Assembly (NCBI RefSeq): GCF_006345805.1
Contig: NC_043006.1
Location: 1,054,001-1,118,000 of the forward strand
Direction of reading: 5' to 3'
Length of the DNA: 64,000 nt
Source of the DNA: Octopus sinensis
Taxonomy: Eukaryota
Below the pieces are notes generated by a model that saw only the letters and a program-made list of their open reading frames with translations, was not told the origin of the DNA and searched no databases. This document shows, piece after piece, positions 36,668 through 49,189 of the stretch. The number at the start of each line of letters is the position of its first letter. The stretch's first letter is position 1. The position numbers and the translations under genes were made by a program.

Positions 36668-37168
36668 GGGATAAAATTATAAAATAATAACAATAATATC
36701 AGTGGCCAGCATGCAATTAAAAACCACAGAGTTAAAAATTAATATACATTTATAATTATATATAGAAATATATATAATTATATTATATATATAGAAATAA
36801 TGAAGGGTACCTAGAAAAATTACCAAAATGCTAGAAACAGAAGTCAAAAAGAGTCTAAACCACCTGTTTCACTATTTTTCACAAGTAAATATCGATCGAT
36901 ATGGGATTATCTATTAATCTGTTAAAGGTGTGCTTAATTATTTTGCACATTTCACCTCGCATTCACCTATGCAAAAAAGTGAAATAGGTGTTCCAGAGTC
37001 TTTCTTTTACTTCTATTTCTAGCATGCTGGTACTTTTTCCATGCGCCCTTCATTACGATTATATATTTTTTATATATAATTATAAATCTATATTAACTTT
37101 TACCTCTATGGTTTTTAATTGCATGCTGGCCACTGATATAATTATTTTTATAATAATTATTTTATCCC
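36668..37168. repeat. Imperfect long inverted repeat (about 200-bp arms, about 95-bp spacer)
   Basis: atatcagtggccagcatgcaattaaaaacca (left) and tggtttttaattgcatgctggccactgatat (right) are exact reverse complements; similarity continues to both ends of the arms. Confidence 0.9.
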
Positions 37169-37218
37169 AAATATAATATAAATATATATATATATATTAT
37201 ATATATATATATATATAT

Positions 37219-37256
<38 letters not shown>

Positions 37257-37261
37257 CTCTC

Positions 37262-37674
37262 TTTTTCTCTTTTAATTGTTTCAGTCATTTGACTGCGGCC
37301 ATGCTGGAGCACCGCCTTTAGTCGAGCAAATCGACCCCGGGACTTATTCTTTGTAAGCCCAGTACTTATTCTATCGGTCTCTTTTTGCCGAACCGCTAAG
37401 TGACGGGGACGTAAACACACCAGCATCGTTGTCAAGCAATGCTAAGGGGCAAACAGCAGACATACAAACATACACACACATACACACATAAATATATATA
37501 TACATATATACGACAGGTTTCTTTCAGTTTCCCGTCTCACAAATCCACTCACAAGGCATTGGTCGGCCCGGGGCTATAGCAGAAGACACTTGCCCAAGAT
37601 GCCACGCAGTGGGACTGAACCCGGAACCATGTGGTTGGTTAGCAAGCTACTTACCACACAGCCACTCCTGCGCC
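37262..37674 (-). mobile_element. tRNA-derived SINE, group A
   Basis: Complete reverse-complement copy flanked by (TA)-rich sequence. Confidence 0.92.
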
Positions 37675-38596
37675 TATATATATACATATGCATGTGAAAG
37701 GGGGGACGTTTGAAGTGTAGTATCTTTGTGTATGAGAGAGAGAGAGCACGTGCATACTAATTGTGTTTGTATCATTATCTTTGTTCTTCGAAAATCACGT
37801 CCATCAGTTGAAATAAAAAAAATCAAATACACGCGAACTCTGTCTAGTCCAGAAGTCTTAGAAATTGTCGTTGCGTCCGATAAATGATGTTAAACAACCA
37901 TGGCCTTGGTGAATGGACATCCTTATGCAATATCCGGCTTAGTAAGAATCAGCTGAGTGTTTTCTCATTGGATGTTGAATGAAACAATCGATTACAAAAG
38001 CCTGATAAAATAACATCACATGGCTTTGGGGAAAATTCATTATTTTTACTATTTTGAGGAGCGGCGATTTAGGAGAATCGTTAAGATGTCGGAGAAAATA
38101 TTATGCGATATTTTACCGGCTTTTTATATTCTGATTTCCAGTCCTAGCGAGGTCAAATTTGCTTTGATCATGAGTGTGTATATAACCAACTGAGTTGAAT
38201 ACAATTTCTGACCATGTGCCTTATTATAAATGTGTATAAATGTGATTAAAATGTTGCAGGAGATAATCGCAAGACGGATGCTTTAAGCTGTGCCGACCGG
38301 CTTAAACACCTCGAAGAAGACCAAGAATGCGGTAATCGGATAATATACATTGTCTCAGCTGGTCACACTAGGGAATCCAGTCGGAAAGTGTCATGGCGGT
38401 GGCTTCTGAAAGGTTGCTATGAAGGAGGTGCCTAAGGATTCTACCCCCATGTCCCTCTCAGAAACAGTGGGTGAAGGCTAATAGATAATTTTTTTTTTAT
38501 TGCTATTTAATATGTACCAGTGATGTACTGGAGTACGTGTAATCGACTATCTATATCTCTGCCATAAATTTCTCACCTGTGTCTGTGTTAGAACAG

Positions 38597-38903
38597 TTTT
38601 TTTGTTTGTTCCTTCTCGAGCCATGCTTGGCTCATAAGGGCCGGTTTTCCGGTTTCTTGGCGTATAGGTTCCCCACCTGGACGTGACGCCGGTCCGTCGC
38701 AGATGAGCTGCAAGATGCAGGAGGAAAGAGTGAGAGAAAGTTGTGACAAAAGAGTCAACAGAAGTTCACCATTACCTTCTGCCGGAGTCGCGCGGAGCTT
38801 AGGTGTTTCGCTCATAAACACACATATCGCCCAGTCTGAGATTCGAACCCGCGATCCCTCGAGCGCGAGTCCGCTACTCTAACCACTAGGCCATGTGCCT
38901 CCA
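38597..38903 (-). mobile_element. tRNA-derived SINE, group C (tail type 1)
   Basis: Full copy with perfect 13-bp TSD tgtgttagaacag (38584-38596, 38904-38916). Confidence 0.93.
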
Positions 38904-39199
38904 TGTGTTAGAACAGACAAGAGTAGAGAATAATAGAATTAATAGAGGGGCCGTGAAAATGCCTTGCTTCTTTTAGCTGTAATTTGTGGGTTTAGATCCT
39001 CTGGAATACGATCTGAGTTACTCTTCCTTTTACCGGGTCAATGAAAGATTTGCTGATATGGCTTAGTCAAAAGATATATGTCAGCACTTGTAACTGTTTT
39101 GCTAGTATACGAGAGTAGTAGGAGGTAAGTCGAAATTTATCTCTCGTCTGGATAACCTGGTCCTAATGTTTGCAACAAAAAGAAAGATTAATTAAAGAA

Positions 39200-39720
39200 A
39201 GGATGGTGTTGCTATTAAACTGAACGATGGATTAAATCTACCACCCAGCCAATCAAGTACCACTGGCGATCTGAACCACTGTGATCTCCTCTCACGCCTA
39301 AGTGTAAGGTCTTATGACAAAGTTAAAATATTAGTATTGGCTATGGTGAAATATGCAATGTTGCTGGGCATGACCAAAAGGATAAAAACAAGGCTTTTGT
39401 GACACCAGCCAAGCCTTTACCAACGTCCTGTCCTGTTGTAAATTTGGCGGTGCCGAGCGTTGGACGAATGAAGTAATGCACAATACCTGGGCTAAACGGT
39501 ATTCTTTGAATATACACCTGTGTGTGAAGGGGCAGAATATTAGAAGAGGTATTTATCTTTGGTGGTCTGAAATTTAAGTGATCGGCACAGAGTAGTTCTT
39601 CTCTCTGTTGGGGATATTTCATTATAAATGTCTCGTAAATTTTACAGCGGCCAGGTATTATCCCCTCACTTCCTTGCAAAATAATATTCCCAAATTATGG
39701 AAACACTTGAAAAATCTATA
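39200..39720 (+). mobile_element. Possible highly decayed RTE-type ORF fragment
   Basis: Pieces LWWSEI*...FFSLLGIF and NIPKLWKHLKNL loosely resemble the EN-RT linker of RTE elements. Weak support. Confidence 0.25.
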
Positions 39721-39927
39721 TCAGTTGGTATAGAAATTCCTATACAATACAGACACAATACAGTGCAGAAGCAATATTATATTCATAGTACAATATATAA
39801 TACAGTAAATGGTCCATGGTAACCATGGTAAATGTTCCACGCCAGGTGCAAATAACCACGACTTTAATTTCTTTTCGATAATGTGTCTCATCCGTTTCTA
39901 GCCGCATCCGTCTCTATTGATGTAGAA

Positions 39928-39995
39928 CAGGAGTCTCCAAATAGCGGCCCGTGGACCGCATGTGGCTCGCCAAGCGATTTTCTGCAGCCCGCTAT
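39928..39995 (+). mobile_element. hAT-type MITE left terminus
   Basis: caggagtctccaaatagcggcccgtggaccgcatgtggctcgcc resembles the CAGGGGTCTCCAAACT.CGGCCCGCGGGCC.CAT terminus of hAT/Charlie-like MITEs. Confidence 0.5.
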
Positions 39996-40204
39996 CTCCA
40001 AGGAGAGAAAACATGTACATGATAAAACTTTCAATCAGTTAAAATAAAAAAAACCATGAGGTCCACTGTCTGGTCCTGGGTCAGGACACCTTCCAATCAG
40101 TTGAGATCAAAAGCCATGGGAGCCTCTGCCTGGTAATGCATCCGGACAAATGCATAAGTGCCACTGCTTGGTACTGCAATATCATTATCATGATTGTTAT
40201 TATT

Positions 40205-40237
<33 letters not shown>

Positions 40238-40245
40238 AATATTAA

Positions 40246-40492
40246 GGCGGCGAGCTGACAGAGTCATTGGCACATCAAGTGAAATGCTTTGCGGCGCTTC
40301 GTCTGTCTGCACGTTTTGAGTTCAAATTCCGCCGAGGCCTACTTTGCCTTTCATCTTCTCGGGGTCGATAATTTAAGAACCATGAAAGACTGGGGTCGAT
40401 ATAATCGACTAGCCCTCTCCCCAAATTTCAGTACCAGTTGAAAACTGAGGTCGATGTAATCGAAATATCCCCTCCCCAAAATTGCTGCCCAT
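40246..40492 (+). mobile_element. tRNA-derived SINE, group B, with duplicated 3' module
   Basis: Group B head and core; ctggggtcgatataatcgact...ccccaaa occurs twice (about 40390-40428 and 40445-40482). Confidence 0.85.
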
Positions 40493-40499
40493 TATCGTA

Positions 40500-40550
<51 letters not shown>

Positions 40551-40578
40551 GTGTTATTATTATTATTATTATTATTAT

Positions 40579-40622
<44 letters not shown>

Positions 40623-40726
40623 ATACTGGTAGTAGTAGTTGTGGTGGTGGTGGTGGTGGTAGTGGTGGTAGTAGTAGTAGTAGTTGTAATAGTAGTAGTA
40701 GTAGTTGTAGTAGCAGCAGGATCAGT

Positions 40727-40807
<81 letters not shown>

Positions 40808-40822
40808 TGTTGTTGTTGTTGT
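40493..40822. repeat. Compound trinucleotide array (ATT)(GTA)(GGT)(GCA)(GTA)(GTT)
   Basis: Directly visible. Confidence 0.95.
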
Positions 40823-41092
40823 ATATTTGTTGTTATATGCTTCACGTTATATGCTTGAAACCTTCATTTCATGATTGAAACCTCTCAGAGTGATGTTGAC
40901 ATTAATGTAATTGTTACTATATGCAGTTATACAACATGGAGTTACCCAAAAGCTTGATCGTTACCTCTCGACCTCAATACATTACTGTCAATTCCCACTC
41001 TCTGCCTAGAATTAATACGACTGTAACTATGGATAGTAGAATCAGTAGAGCATCAGAATTAAATAGCTTGTGATATCTAGCTAAGCCCATAG

Positions 41093-41290
41093 GGCGGCGA
41101 GCACGACGGGTAAAGGACTTGGCGACATTCCGTCCGTCTTTACGTTCTGAGCCCAAATTCAGCTGACGTCGACTATGCTGTCATCCTCTTCGGAGGCTGA
41201 TAACATAAGTACCAGTTAAACACTGGGGTCGATGTAATCGACTTACACCTTGACCCAAACTTGCTGGCCTTGTGCCAAAAATCTGAAACC
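41093..41290 (+). mobile_element. Diverged SINE, group B
   Basis: ggcggcgag head, gtcatcctcttcggaggctgataacataagtaccag core, actggggtcgatgtaatcgact. Confidence 0.75.
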
Positions 41291-41937
41291 GACATTTATC
41301 TAAGTTCTTTTATGTTCTTATCTCAATCTTGCCATGGCCGTCTCAGCTTTCTCCACCCTGGCGATCGATAAAATAAGTTGTACCAGTCGAGTAAAGAAGA
41401 GGTTTCAGTAGACTTTACTATACCACCTTCGAAACATATGAGACCACGTGCCTATTATAGATATTATAATAGTAGTAGTAGCAGTAGTTATAGTAGTAGT
41501 GATGGTGGTGGTAGTACTAGGGATGATGACGGTGGTGTTGGTGTTTGTACTAGGGATGATGACGGTGGTGGTGGTGGTGGTGGTGGTGGTGGTAGTGGTG
41601 GATGAGATTACGAATTAAAAATGTGAACATAGAAAGTAGCAGAGACAATACGAGTAAATTCTAGCAAATTACTACTTACGGATTTAAAAAAATGAAAATA
41701 AAATGAAAAAAAAACAAACAAACCGAAAAAAGTATTAAACAATATAGTTCAGGATAATGCAGAGACAGGATGGTCACGGTTGGAATATTTCGGAAGACTG
41801 CTCGGCTCCCAACAACAGCTAAACGCACTTAGTTTTTTTAAGTGAACCTTTATAAACACCTTCTCGTTACTTGTTTCATTCCCGACTGGATTATTTACCT
41901 GTATCCTTTAATAATGTAAATATTAAGGATTACAGAG

Positions 41938-41984
<47 letters not shown>

Positions 41985-42121
41985 TACACACACACACAAA
42001 CACACCACACACACATAGATACATACACTCACACCTATATATATACATATACGCACACATATTTATGAAGAAGGGGTGTGGTCGATTGAATAAACTTCTT
42101 GTACATCTAATAATAATGATA

Positions 42122-42158
<37 letters not shown>

Positions 42159-42327
42159 CGACGACGACGTCGACAATATAAATAATTTCCTTTCTTTGCC
42201 AAAGGGATATCAGATAAATAATAAGAACAATAACAACAACAACAACAATAACAATCATATGAATAATAATAATAATAATAATAATAATGATAATAATGAT
42301 ATTGATAATAATAATAATAATAATAAT

Positions 42328-42471
42328 CCTTTGTGTTATGGGCACAAGGCCTGAAATTTGGTGGGTGAGAACTAGTCGATTACATCGACCCCAGTGTTTC
42401 GCTGGTACTTAATTCATCGACCCCGAAAGGATGAAAGGCAATGTCGACCTCAGCGGAATTTGAACTCAGAC
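42328..42471 (-). mobile_element. 5'-truncated SINE, group B, embedded in (AAT)n
   Basis: Reverse complement gtctgagttcaaattccgctgaggtcgacattgcctttcatcctttcggggtcgatgaattaagtacc. Confidence 0.85.
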
Positions 42472-42474
42472 AGT

Positions 42475-42492
42475 GAATAATAATATAATAAA

Positions 42493-42539
<47 letters not shown>

Positions 42540-42583
42540 TAATAATAATAATAATAATCATAATAATAATAAATAATAATGAT

Positions 42584-42620
<37 letters not shown>

Positions 42621-42840
42621 TAATGATAATAATAATAATAATAATAATGATAATAATAAATAATAATAATAATGATGATAATAATAATAATAATATAATA
42701 ATAATAATAAATAATAATAATAATAATAATAATAATAGAGAAAGAAGAAGAAGAAGAAGAAGAAGAAGAAAAGAAGAGAAGAAGAAGAAGAAGAAGAAGA
42801 AGAAGAAGAAGAAGAAGAAGAAGAAGAAGAAAGAGGAGAA
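42475..42840. repeat. (AAT)n followed by (AAG)n arrays
   Basis: Directly visible. Confidence 0.96.
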
Positions 42841-43037
42841 AGAGGATGTGGTGACAGAGAAGGAGATTATCAAAGCATGGAGTAGGACAAGACCATCAAT
42901 GAACAACCAAGATGATAACGACGACAACAACAACAACAGCATCACGAACAAACAAGAAGATAATATTAAGAAGCGAATGGCATGGAGAGAGCGAGGCGAA
43001 CGTCTTGAAAGAAACACCTCTAAAAAAACATGACGAG

Positions 43038-43137
43038 NNNNNNNNNNNNNNNNNNNNNNNNNNNNNNNNNNNNNNNNNNNNNNNNNNNNNNNNNNNNNNN
43101 NNNNNNNNNNNNNNNNNNNNNNNNNNNNNNNNNNNNN
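43038..43137. other. Assembly gap (100 N placeholder)
   Basis: Run of exactly 100 N; true distance and continuity across it are unknown. Confidence 0.99.
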
Positions 43138-43163
43138 TCTATCTATCTATCTATCTATCTAAA

Positions 43164-43257
<94 letters not shown>

Positions 43258-43420
43258 AACAACGTAACTACACGTGTGCCGTTGGCGATTTCATTTCCAT
43301 CTTTGGATTTTTCTGTTTCTTCTTTCCGACGAAGAGCTATGCTCGAAACGTCAAATTCTCTCCTTTCACCGAGTGTCAAGCTAAGACGTCCGTTTTTTCT
43401 TTCGTTTTTTATTCGTTTAC
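43258..43420 (+). mobile_element. Penelope-like terminal fragment with minimal hammerhead motif
   Basis: tttccgacgaagagctatgctcgaaacgtcaaa at 43323-43355, next to a (CTAT)n tract. Confidence 0.55.
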
Positions 43421-43818
43421 TTGAATGGAGTACATGTGTGTATGTTTGCTTGTGTGTATATATGTGTGTGTGTGTGTAAATTATGGCATAATTATAAACA
43501 GGGGAAATTTTAACCATTTCTGCATTTTGTATCTAAAGGTTAAGCCTCAACAATCCATCTAGTTGAAAACAACTCACAAGTGGTATCACTGGCTGCAGTG
43601 AAGGCCCGGAAATCACTCGCCTGTGCACGTGCACTGAGTCGAAAACACTGCATATCGGATCCCAGTAGATTTCAGGTGTCATCGTGAGAAAATGCGTACT
43701 TTTCCGGACCCTTCCTTCGATGACTTTGCAGAGCACCGGACCCTACTCAGTGATGTGAAGTCCCATCTACTCGTTCGACCGATTAGTATTCGATCTTAAA
43801 TTCATTTTGGGATCTTTA

Positions 43819-45273
43819 TCACTCTAGCCAGGTTTCGTCATCTCTTTTCAAATGCTGGATCTCTTTCATGATAGCGTTTGCTTGTAGAGGTTTGAGGTCA
43901 ATTGATATTAGCTTACAGTTCAGTCTGGTCCCATTAAAGTCTATACATCCAACTTCTACAAGAACCAGAATTTTCACAGTCTTGTAGTAGCATCACATAA
44001 TAGTCATCTTTCCTAACGTCAACTGCATTTATTTTGTCTTCATGTGGAACAGTGAATTCAACAAAGTGTATTATCTTACGTTCCACATACCATTTCTTCA
44101 TATCTGGCTTCTTCTTCGGTGGTATTAGAAAGAGGCCCGACATGACCTGCTACCATCTCCCATTGTCCATCCCAGTTCTCGCAATTCAAAGTTTCTCCTT
44201 GTGTTTTCGATAACCACTTGACGGTGCCAGACAAACGTAATAAACAGTTTGTTGCTACATATCTGCAGTTTCTTGCTTATCATTCATAATTTCTTACCGC
44301 TTCTTAGCGGCACTACACGGAATCTTGAGGACCTCATTGTGTCTCAATATATATCTTTTCACCGCCTTTGAGCACTTACATTAATGTACTTTCCCGTTCT
44401 AACTTTTTCGCATGTACATTTTGTCCTCATTTGCTATTTTCCATCTCAGCAGATTGCGTGGGGATGGCAGTAAATCAGACGAGGTGGGTTGAAGACGAAA
44501 GCTCAACCATGATCTCATTCCAACCCACCTTCCTTTCAATAACCTCTTCTTCCCACTTTATTATGATTTTCTAGCATTAACACTACAACTCTAAGCGGTT
44601 CCGTGCTCCCTCTGAGTCATCTTCGAAAATAGTTTAAATGGATTGCAACAACTTTCTGGTCACTTTGAATTGCTCCCACTTACATCTCGATGTTCAAGGG
44701 CTGCTTTTATGCCATCAGTTTCTAACCCCCGCCAAATTTTCTTGCTGTTTTGACATCTTGTGGATTGTCTCGTATTTTTGTAACAGCTGGCCACAAAACC
44801 ATTGGTTTCTTCATAATCCCATCTGGCAAAAAGACATCTTTACCTAAAGATTTCGAGGGAGCTTCAGCTGAATCATTTATCAATCCGATGATCTTTTTGA
44901 GTTTGGGGGTTAAATTACCAACATTATTCATACACATCTTGCGTTGATGGATCTTCAATACCACTTGGATACTAGACATTTTACATCACTACATGCACTC
45001 GTAGGCGCTTCTAGTCTCAGGCGTATTCTTTTGTACAAGTCTTATTTTCTATTCCATGTCCGTATCATTTTGTTAGCTTTTAGCGCGCCGTGTTCAGATT
45101 TCTTTCCCAGTTAAATGTACAGAAGTATAATGATCGGCACAGAATGGGGGAAACGAAACTCCAACACTGGTGACCAGCGATTTTACGGATTATGGGTCTC
45201 ACCATTAAGCACGTACACTAACAATTAGCCTGCATGAAAATATCTACAACCTTATGGTATCACACACACACAC

Positions 45274-45316
<43 letters not shown>

Positions 45317-46200
45317 TTGTGAGTCTGTGTTTGTGCATTACCATGTAAGTTAATAATTTCTCTAATCCAAAATATGCCTCCAAGCTCCCTCGGTTTATAA
45401 CATCTTTGGTGACAGTTTACTTTATTAAACCCTGCTGCAAGCATTGATTAGTACTTGATATATGTGCAGAGCTCTGTCTGTGCGTCTGTATCTCAGTGTA
45501 AACGTAATGATGCGTACATAGAAAAGGAACTTGAATAACAATTTATCCTTATCTTGAATGGCGGATATACGTTTTTTTCAACATCTCACCAGTATTTCTT
45601 TTTTACTATATTTTTTACTTTATCTATCTTCCACCAGTTTTATCAAACGCTTTATTATCTACTATTCATTTTTTTCTATTTTTTAAATTTTTCTCAGCCT
45701 CCCTCATTCTTCCATCTTTCGGTTATCGTCTGCTTTTTCCCAATTTCCCAAGTCTTGTTCTCTAGTTTCCTTTCTCCCCTTTACATCATACGATTTATGT
45801 TCTCTACTTTTCTCTTCGCTCTCCCGCTTCCATACTTGCCCTATCTTTATGGTCAGTTACTTTACTCTCCTGGTTTTTAAAACTTACCATCTTGTATTGA
45901 TATCCACTACCACCATCTCCTCAGCTGTGTAATTCTTAGATTTCAAGCTTCCATCGATTCTATCATATTTTTTAAATCTTTGTTTCTTTGTAGCTGTATG
46001 TCTGCAATTATTTCCACAATTCTGCTTCTGTTTCTTTCTAAAATCAACATGCGAAATGAAAACCTTTTCTATCAAGCTTAATGCTATAGTTCCCTCCTCT
46101 GCAGGAAACTCTAGGCATCTTTTATCTAGAGTCGTTTCCTGTTGCCTCTTCATTTAGGATTCTAGTCTAAAACATTTCCTCTAGATTTAGAAACCACTTA
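43819..46200 (-). mobile_element. Decayed HERO-like (RT plus restriction-like endonuclease) non-LTR retrotransposon
   Basis: Ordered minus-strand motifs across frameshifts: IRDNPQDVKTARKF, LEHRDV.GAIQS, IERKVGWNEI, LPSPRNLLRW, RYILRHNEVL, KPDMKKW...HFVEFTVPHEDK...RKDDY, VEVGCIDF. These match the post-RT, zinc-knuckle and PD..ELTVP.E REL regions of HERO-type elements. The portion upstream of about 45200 is only tentatively assigned. Confidence 0.75.
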
Positions 46201-46454
46201 TATCAGGAAGATGAAATGAGGCACATAGTTAAATGCCTTATTCATAACTCTATGAAATGACAACTTACAGTTTAAACTCAGCTAATTCATATCTTATATT
46301 GACATTTCACCATCCCTACTATCGATGCTTAACTCTTTTAACAGGTTTTGTCACTAAAAAAGTCTGAACACATCTATGCGTACGTTACACGTAACAAGAA
46401 TAATAAAGGTACAAACTCATATACAAAAAAACCTTACACATCACATCAAACACC

Positions 46455-46679
46455 GGTCACTTTGAATTGCTCCCACTATATCTCGATGCCCAAATGCTGC
46501 TTTTATGCCATCAGTTTCTAACCCTCACACAATTTTCTTGCTGTTTTGACATCTTGTGGAGAGTCCCGTATTTTTGTAATTAGCAGCAGGCCACAAAACC
46601 ACTGGTTTCTTCATAGTCTCATCTGACAAAAAGGCATCTTTACCGAAAGATTTTGAATGAACTTCAGCTGAGTCATTTA
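46455..46679 (-). mobile_element. Second copy of an internal HERO-like segment
   Basis: Direct, diverged repeat of 44658-44880 (ggtcactttgaattgctccca...cttcagctga.tcattta). Confidence 0.85.
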
Positions 46680-47960
46680 CCTCCCAATGCTTCGATGAAG
46701 TCAAACTGAAACAAGAGAAAGGTGTAAATGGTTACGCGAAATAACAGCAAACTCACCATCAAATTACACCGCATGGTCTTAAACCTCGGTTAATACAGCG
46801 AATGTGTCTGGTAGAAAAATGATATTTGATCATGGCTGGAATACCTCTGATCATACGTTCGCTCAACTAGGGCAGACCTGTAGCTCTACATCACTACCCT
46901 GGACTATTCAAGACATACACATTCATCATATCAAAGGAGTAAATATACAATGATGCTGTCAAACTTAGAACCTGTGCATCAGCAATGACAAAATGGATGG
47001 GAGTGGGTCAAGTGAGGCGTGATGGACTTGAAAAATATTCTCTTTAATAGCTTTTACAAAAATAACTATTTTTGACATGATTTATCAGTGGTAACTTAAT
47101 TTGCGGCTTACTATTAGCACTCGTATAGTCCAACACAATAAGACAAAATTAAGGTATATATATATATATATATATAATATTGTTTTTCTTTGTTTTGGGG
47201 AAAATTCTTTTAGTTTTAGTTTCTGAATCCAATCTTAATGGTATCAACTGTTCATTTTCAAATAAATAAATTAATGATTCAATAAAATAAATATTAGAAG
47301 TGATGTGGAACGATATTCTTGCTTTCAAGACTGGTGATTGGTGAACTGAAGCCTATGACGTTTACTCTTAAAGATGTTTATTAGAGAAGCTTGTATTAAG
47401 TCAAAACCGTTTGTACTTTATTACTTTCATAATGATGATATCGTGAAGCATGTGAATGAGTGGCCAATGCGTTGGAATATCAGCAAAGAAAGAGCTATGA
47501 AAGTGAATGCTAACAAATACAAAAATAATTAACTACAAACTACTGGTATATTTTGTTTGTTTTTGTCTTGAGAAAACCACTGACATCAAGTCATTAAGAA
47601 GGTCAGCTATCATTGCAGCTATTTTCATAGAAATTGCGTTCAATAGGAGTTGGATTAGAAAATTTGCTTCAAAACATGGCGAGGAAAGACATAAGCAACT
47701 GCATCGTCAAGTTGTTTCGAGAACGGCGTGAAAGATTTTTTTTAAATAGTTTCGGCACACACACGCTCACACACGCGCACGCACACACACACACACACAC
47801 ACAGACACACACACACACACACACACTCACTCAAACAGACACATATATATATATATATGTATATATATGTATTAAATTATATATTATGCATATATATGTA
47901 TATAAATACATAAATAAATATATAATATATATATATATATATATAATATATATATATATA

Positions 47961-48006
<46 letters not shown>

Positions 48007-48013
48007 TATATAT

Positions 48014-48084
<71 letters not shown>

Positions 48085-48087
48085 ATA

Positions 48088-48520
48088 CGAGGGCTGATCA
48101 CTAAATATCCGGCCTGTTGCCATAGTAACGGAGCTAAAGCACGGAGAGTAAATCCACTTGGCACAGATCAACCTTGAACTTTGCTGTGCATGCGCACTAA
48201 GTTTTAACATTCTAGCTTACTTCCGCTGAATGAAGGAGTGTAGCGTGTGACCATCGCATTGACCACAACAGAGAAAGTTGTCATGTCGATACCTGCTCAG
48301 AGGCCTACGCAAAGTTGCAGAAAGTGTATGGAGAGGAGTGTATGAGCCACACACCAGTGTAAGAGTGGTTCAGACGTTTACAAGATGGACGAAAAAATGT
48401 CGATATTGACAAAAATGTTTGGGAAACCCGCAACCAACAGGACTGAGAAGAACATTGCATATGTACGTGCAGCTGTGAGGGGAAATCGTCGACTCACCAT
48501 CCGTGACTCACCATCCGCAA
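48088..48520 (+). mobile_element. 3'-truncated mariner derivative (same family as 23557-24422)
   Basis: Starts ta|cgagggctgatca after a long (TA)n; colinear with the minus arm of the 23557 element through transposase helix-turn-helix remnants. Confidence 0.85.
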
Positions 48521-48594
48521 TGATAGCCGACCTTCTTATGTCAGTGGTTTCCTCAATATATATATATTCATTCTTTTATACGTTTTTATACCTT

Positions 48595-48960
48595 TAGACG
48601 TTTCAGCTCAAAAGGCTTTGGTCATGCTGGGGCACTGCCAGTGTAATCAACTTTTCAATGGCCGTTCTTATGCGATTGCCTTTTCGTGAAGAAGGGAGTT
48701 CGATATTGTCGCCCTCTTTTTAGTTTCTTGCCGAGAAGGAAGACGATGTGGGTTCGTCTGGGACCTTGGACAGCAAAAGATCAAGTTGTTTCTTGAAAAC
48801 ATCTACCCCTACTCAATGCAGGTCTCTCATATTTTAGCAAAGCATCAAATAGCTGTGGTCCTCTCTCTAGATGCCTTTAATGTGAAGTATTGCTTTTATA
48901 AAAGAGTTTATTAAAGTTGTTGGTCACCGTGCCTCTCTGTTTCCATTGAATTATGTATCA
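48595..48960 (-). mobile_element. CR1-clade LINE 3' end
   Basis: Minus strand RGPQLFDAL...VGVDVFKKQLDLLLSKVPDEP...SNSLLH, followed by terminal ggcagtgccccagcatgaccaaagccttttgagctgaaac. Confidence 0.8.
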
Positions 48961-49092
48961 GGAGGTGTTGTCTGCAATAAATAGGTTTTAAAGTTCCAAA
49001 ATTTTGCAATGGTTTATTAATCTCTATATAATAACAGCCCGTATAAAAGTTGTTTAGTTGACTGGCTTCCTGAACCACGCTTTATACCATAA

Positions 49093-49125
<33 letters not shown>

Positions 49126-49189
49126 GGAAAAGTAGATTCCAAGAGAGTTAACATAAAGAGGAGTAGGATGAATATACATGGGGGGAAGA

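Noticed and set aside
42912-43479. ORFs spanning the N run
   Set aside because: Artefacts of translating through the assembly gap into (CTAT)n.
43533-43736. 67-aa ORF in complex sequence next to the HERO-like remnant
   Set aside because: No recognisable domain or convincing splice sites; lies just past the element's stop codon and may be its 3' UTR.
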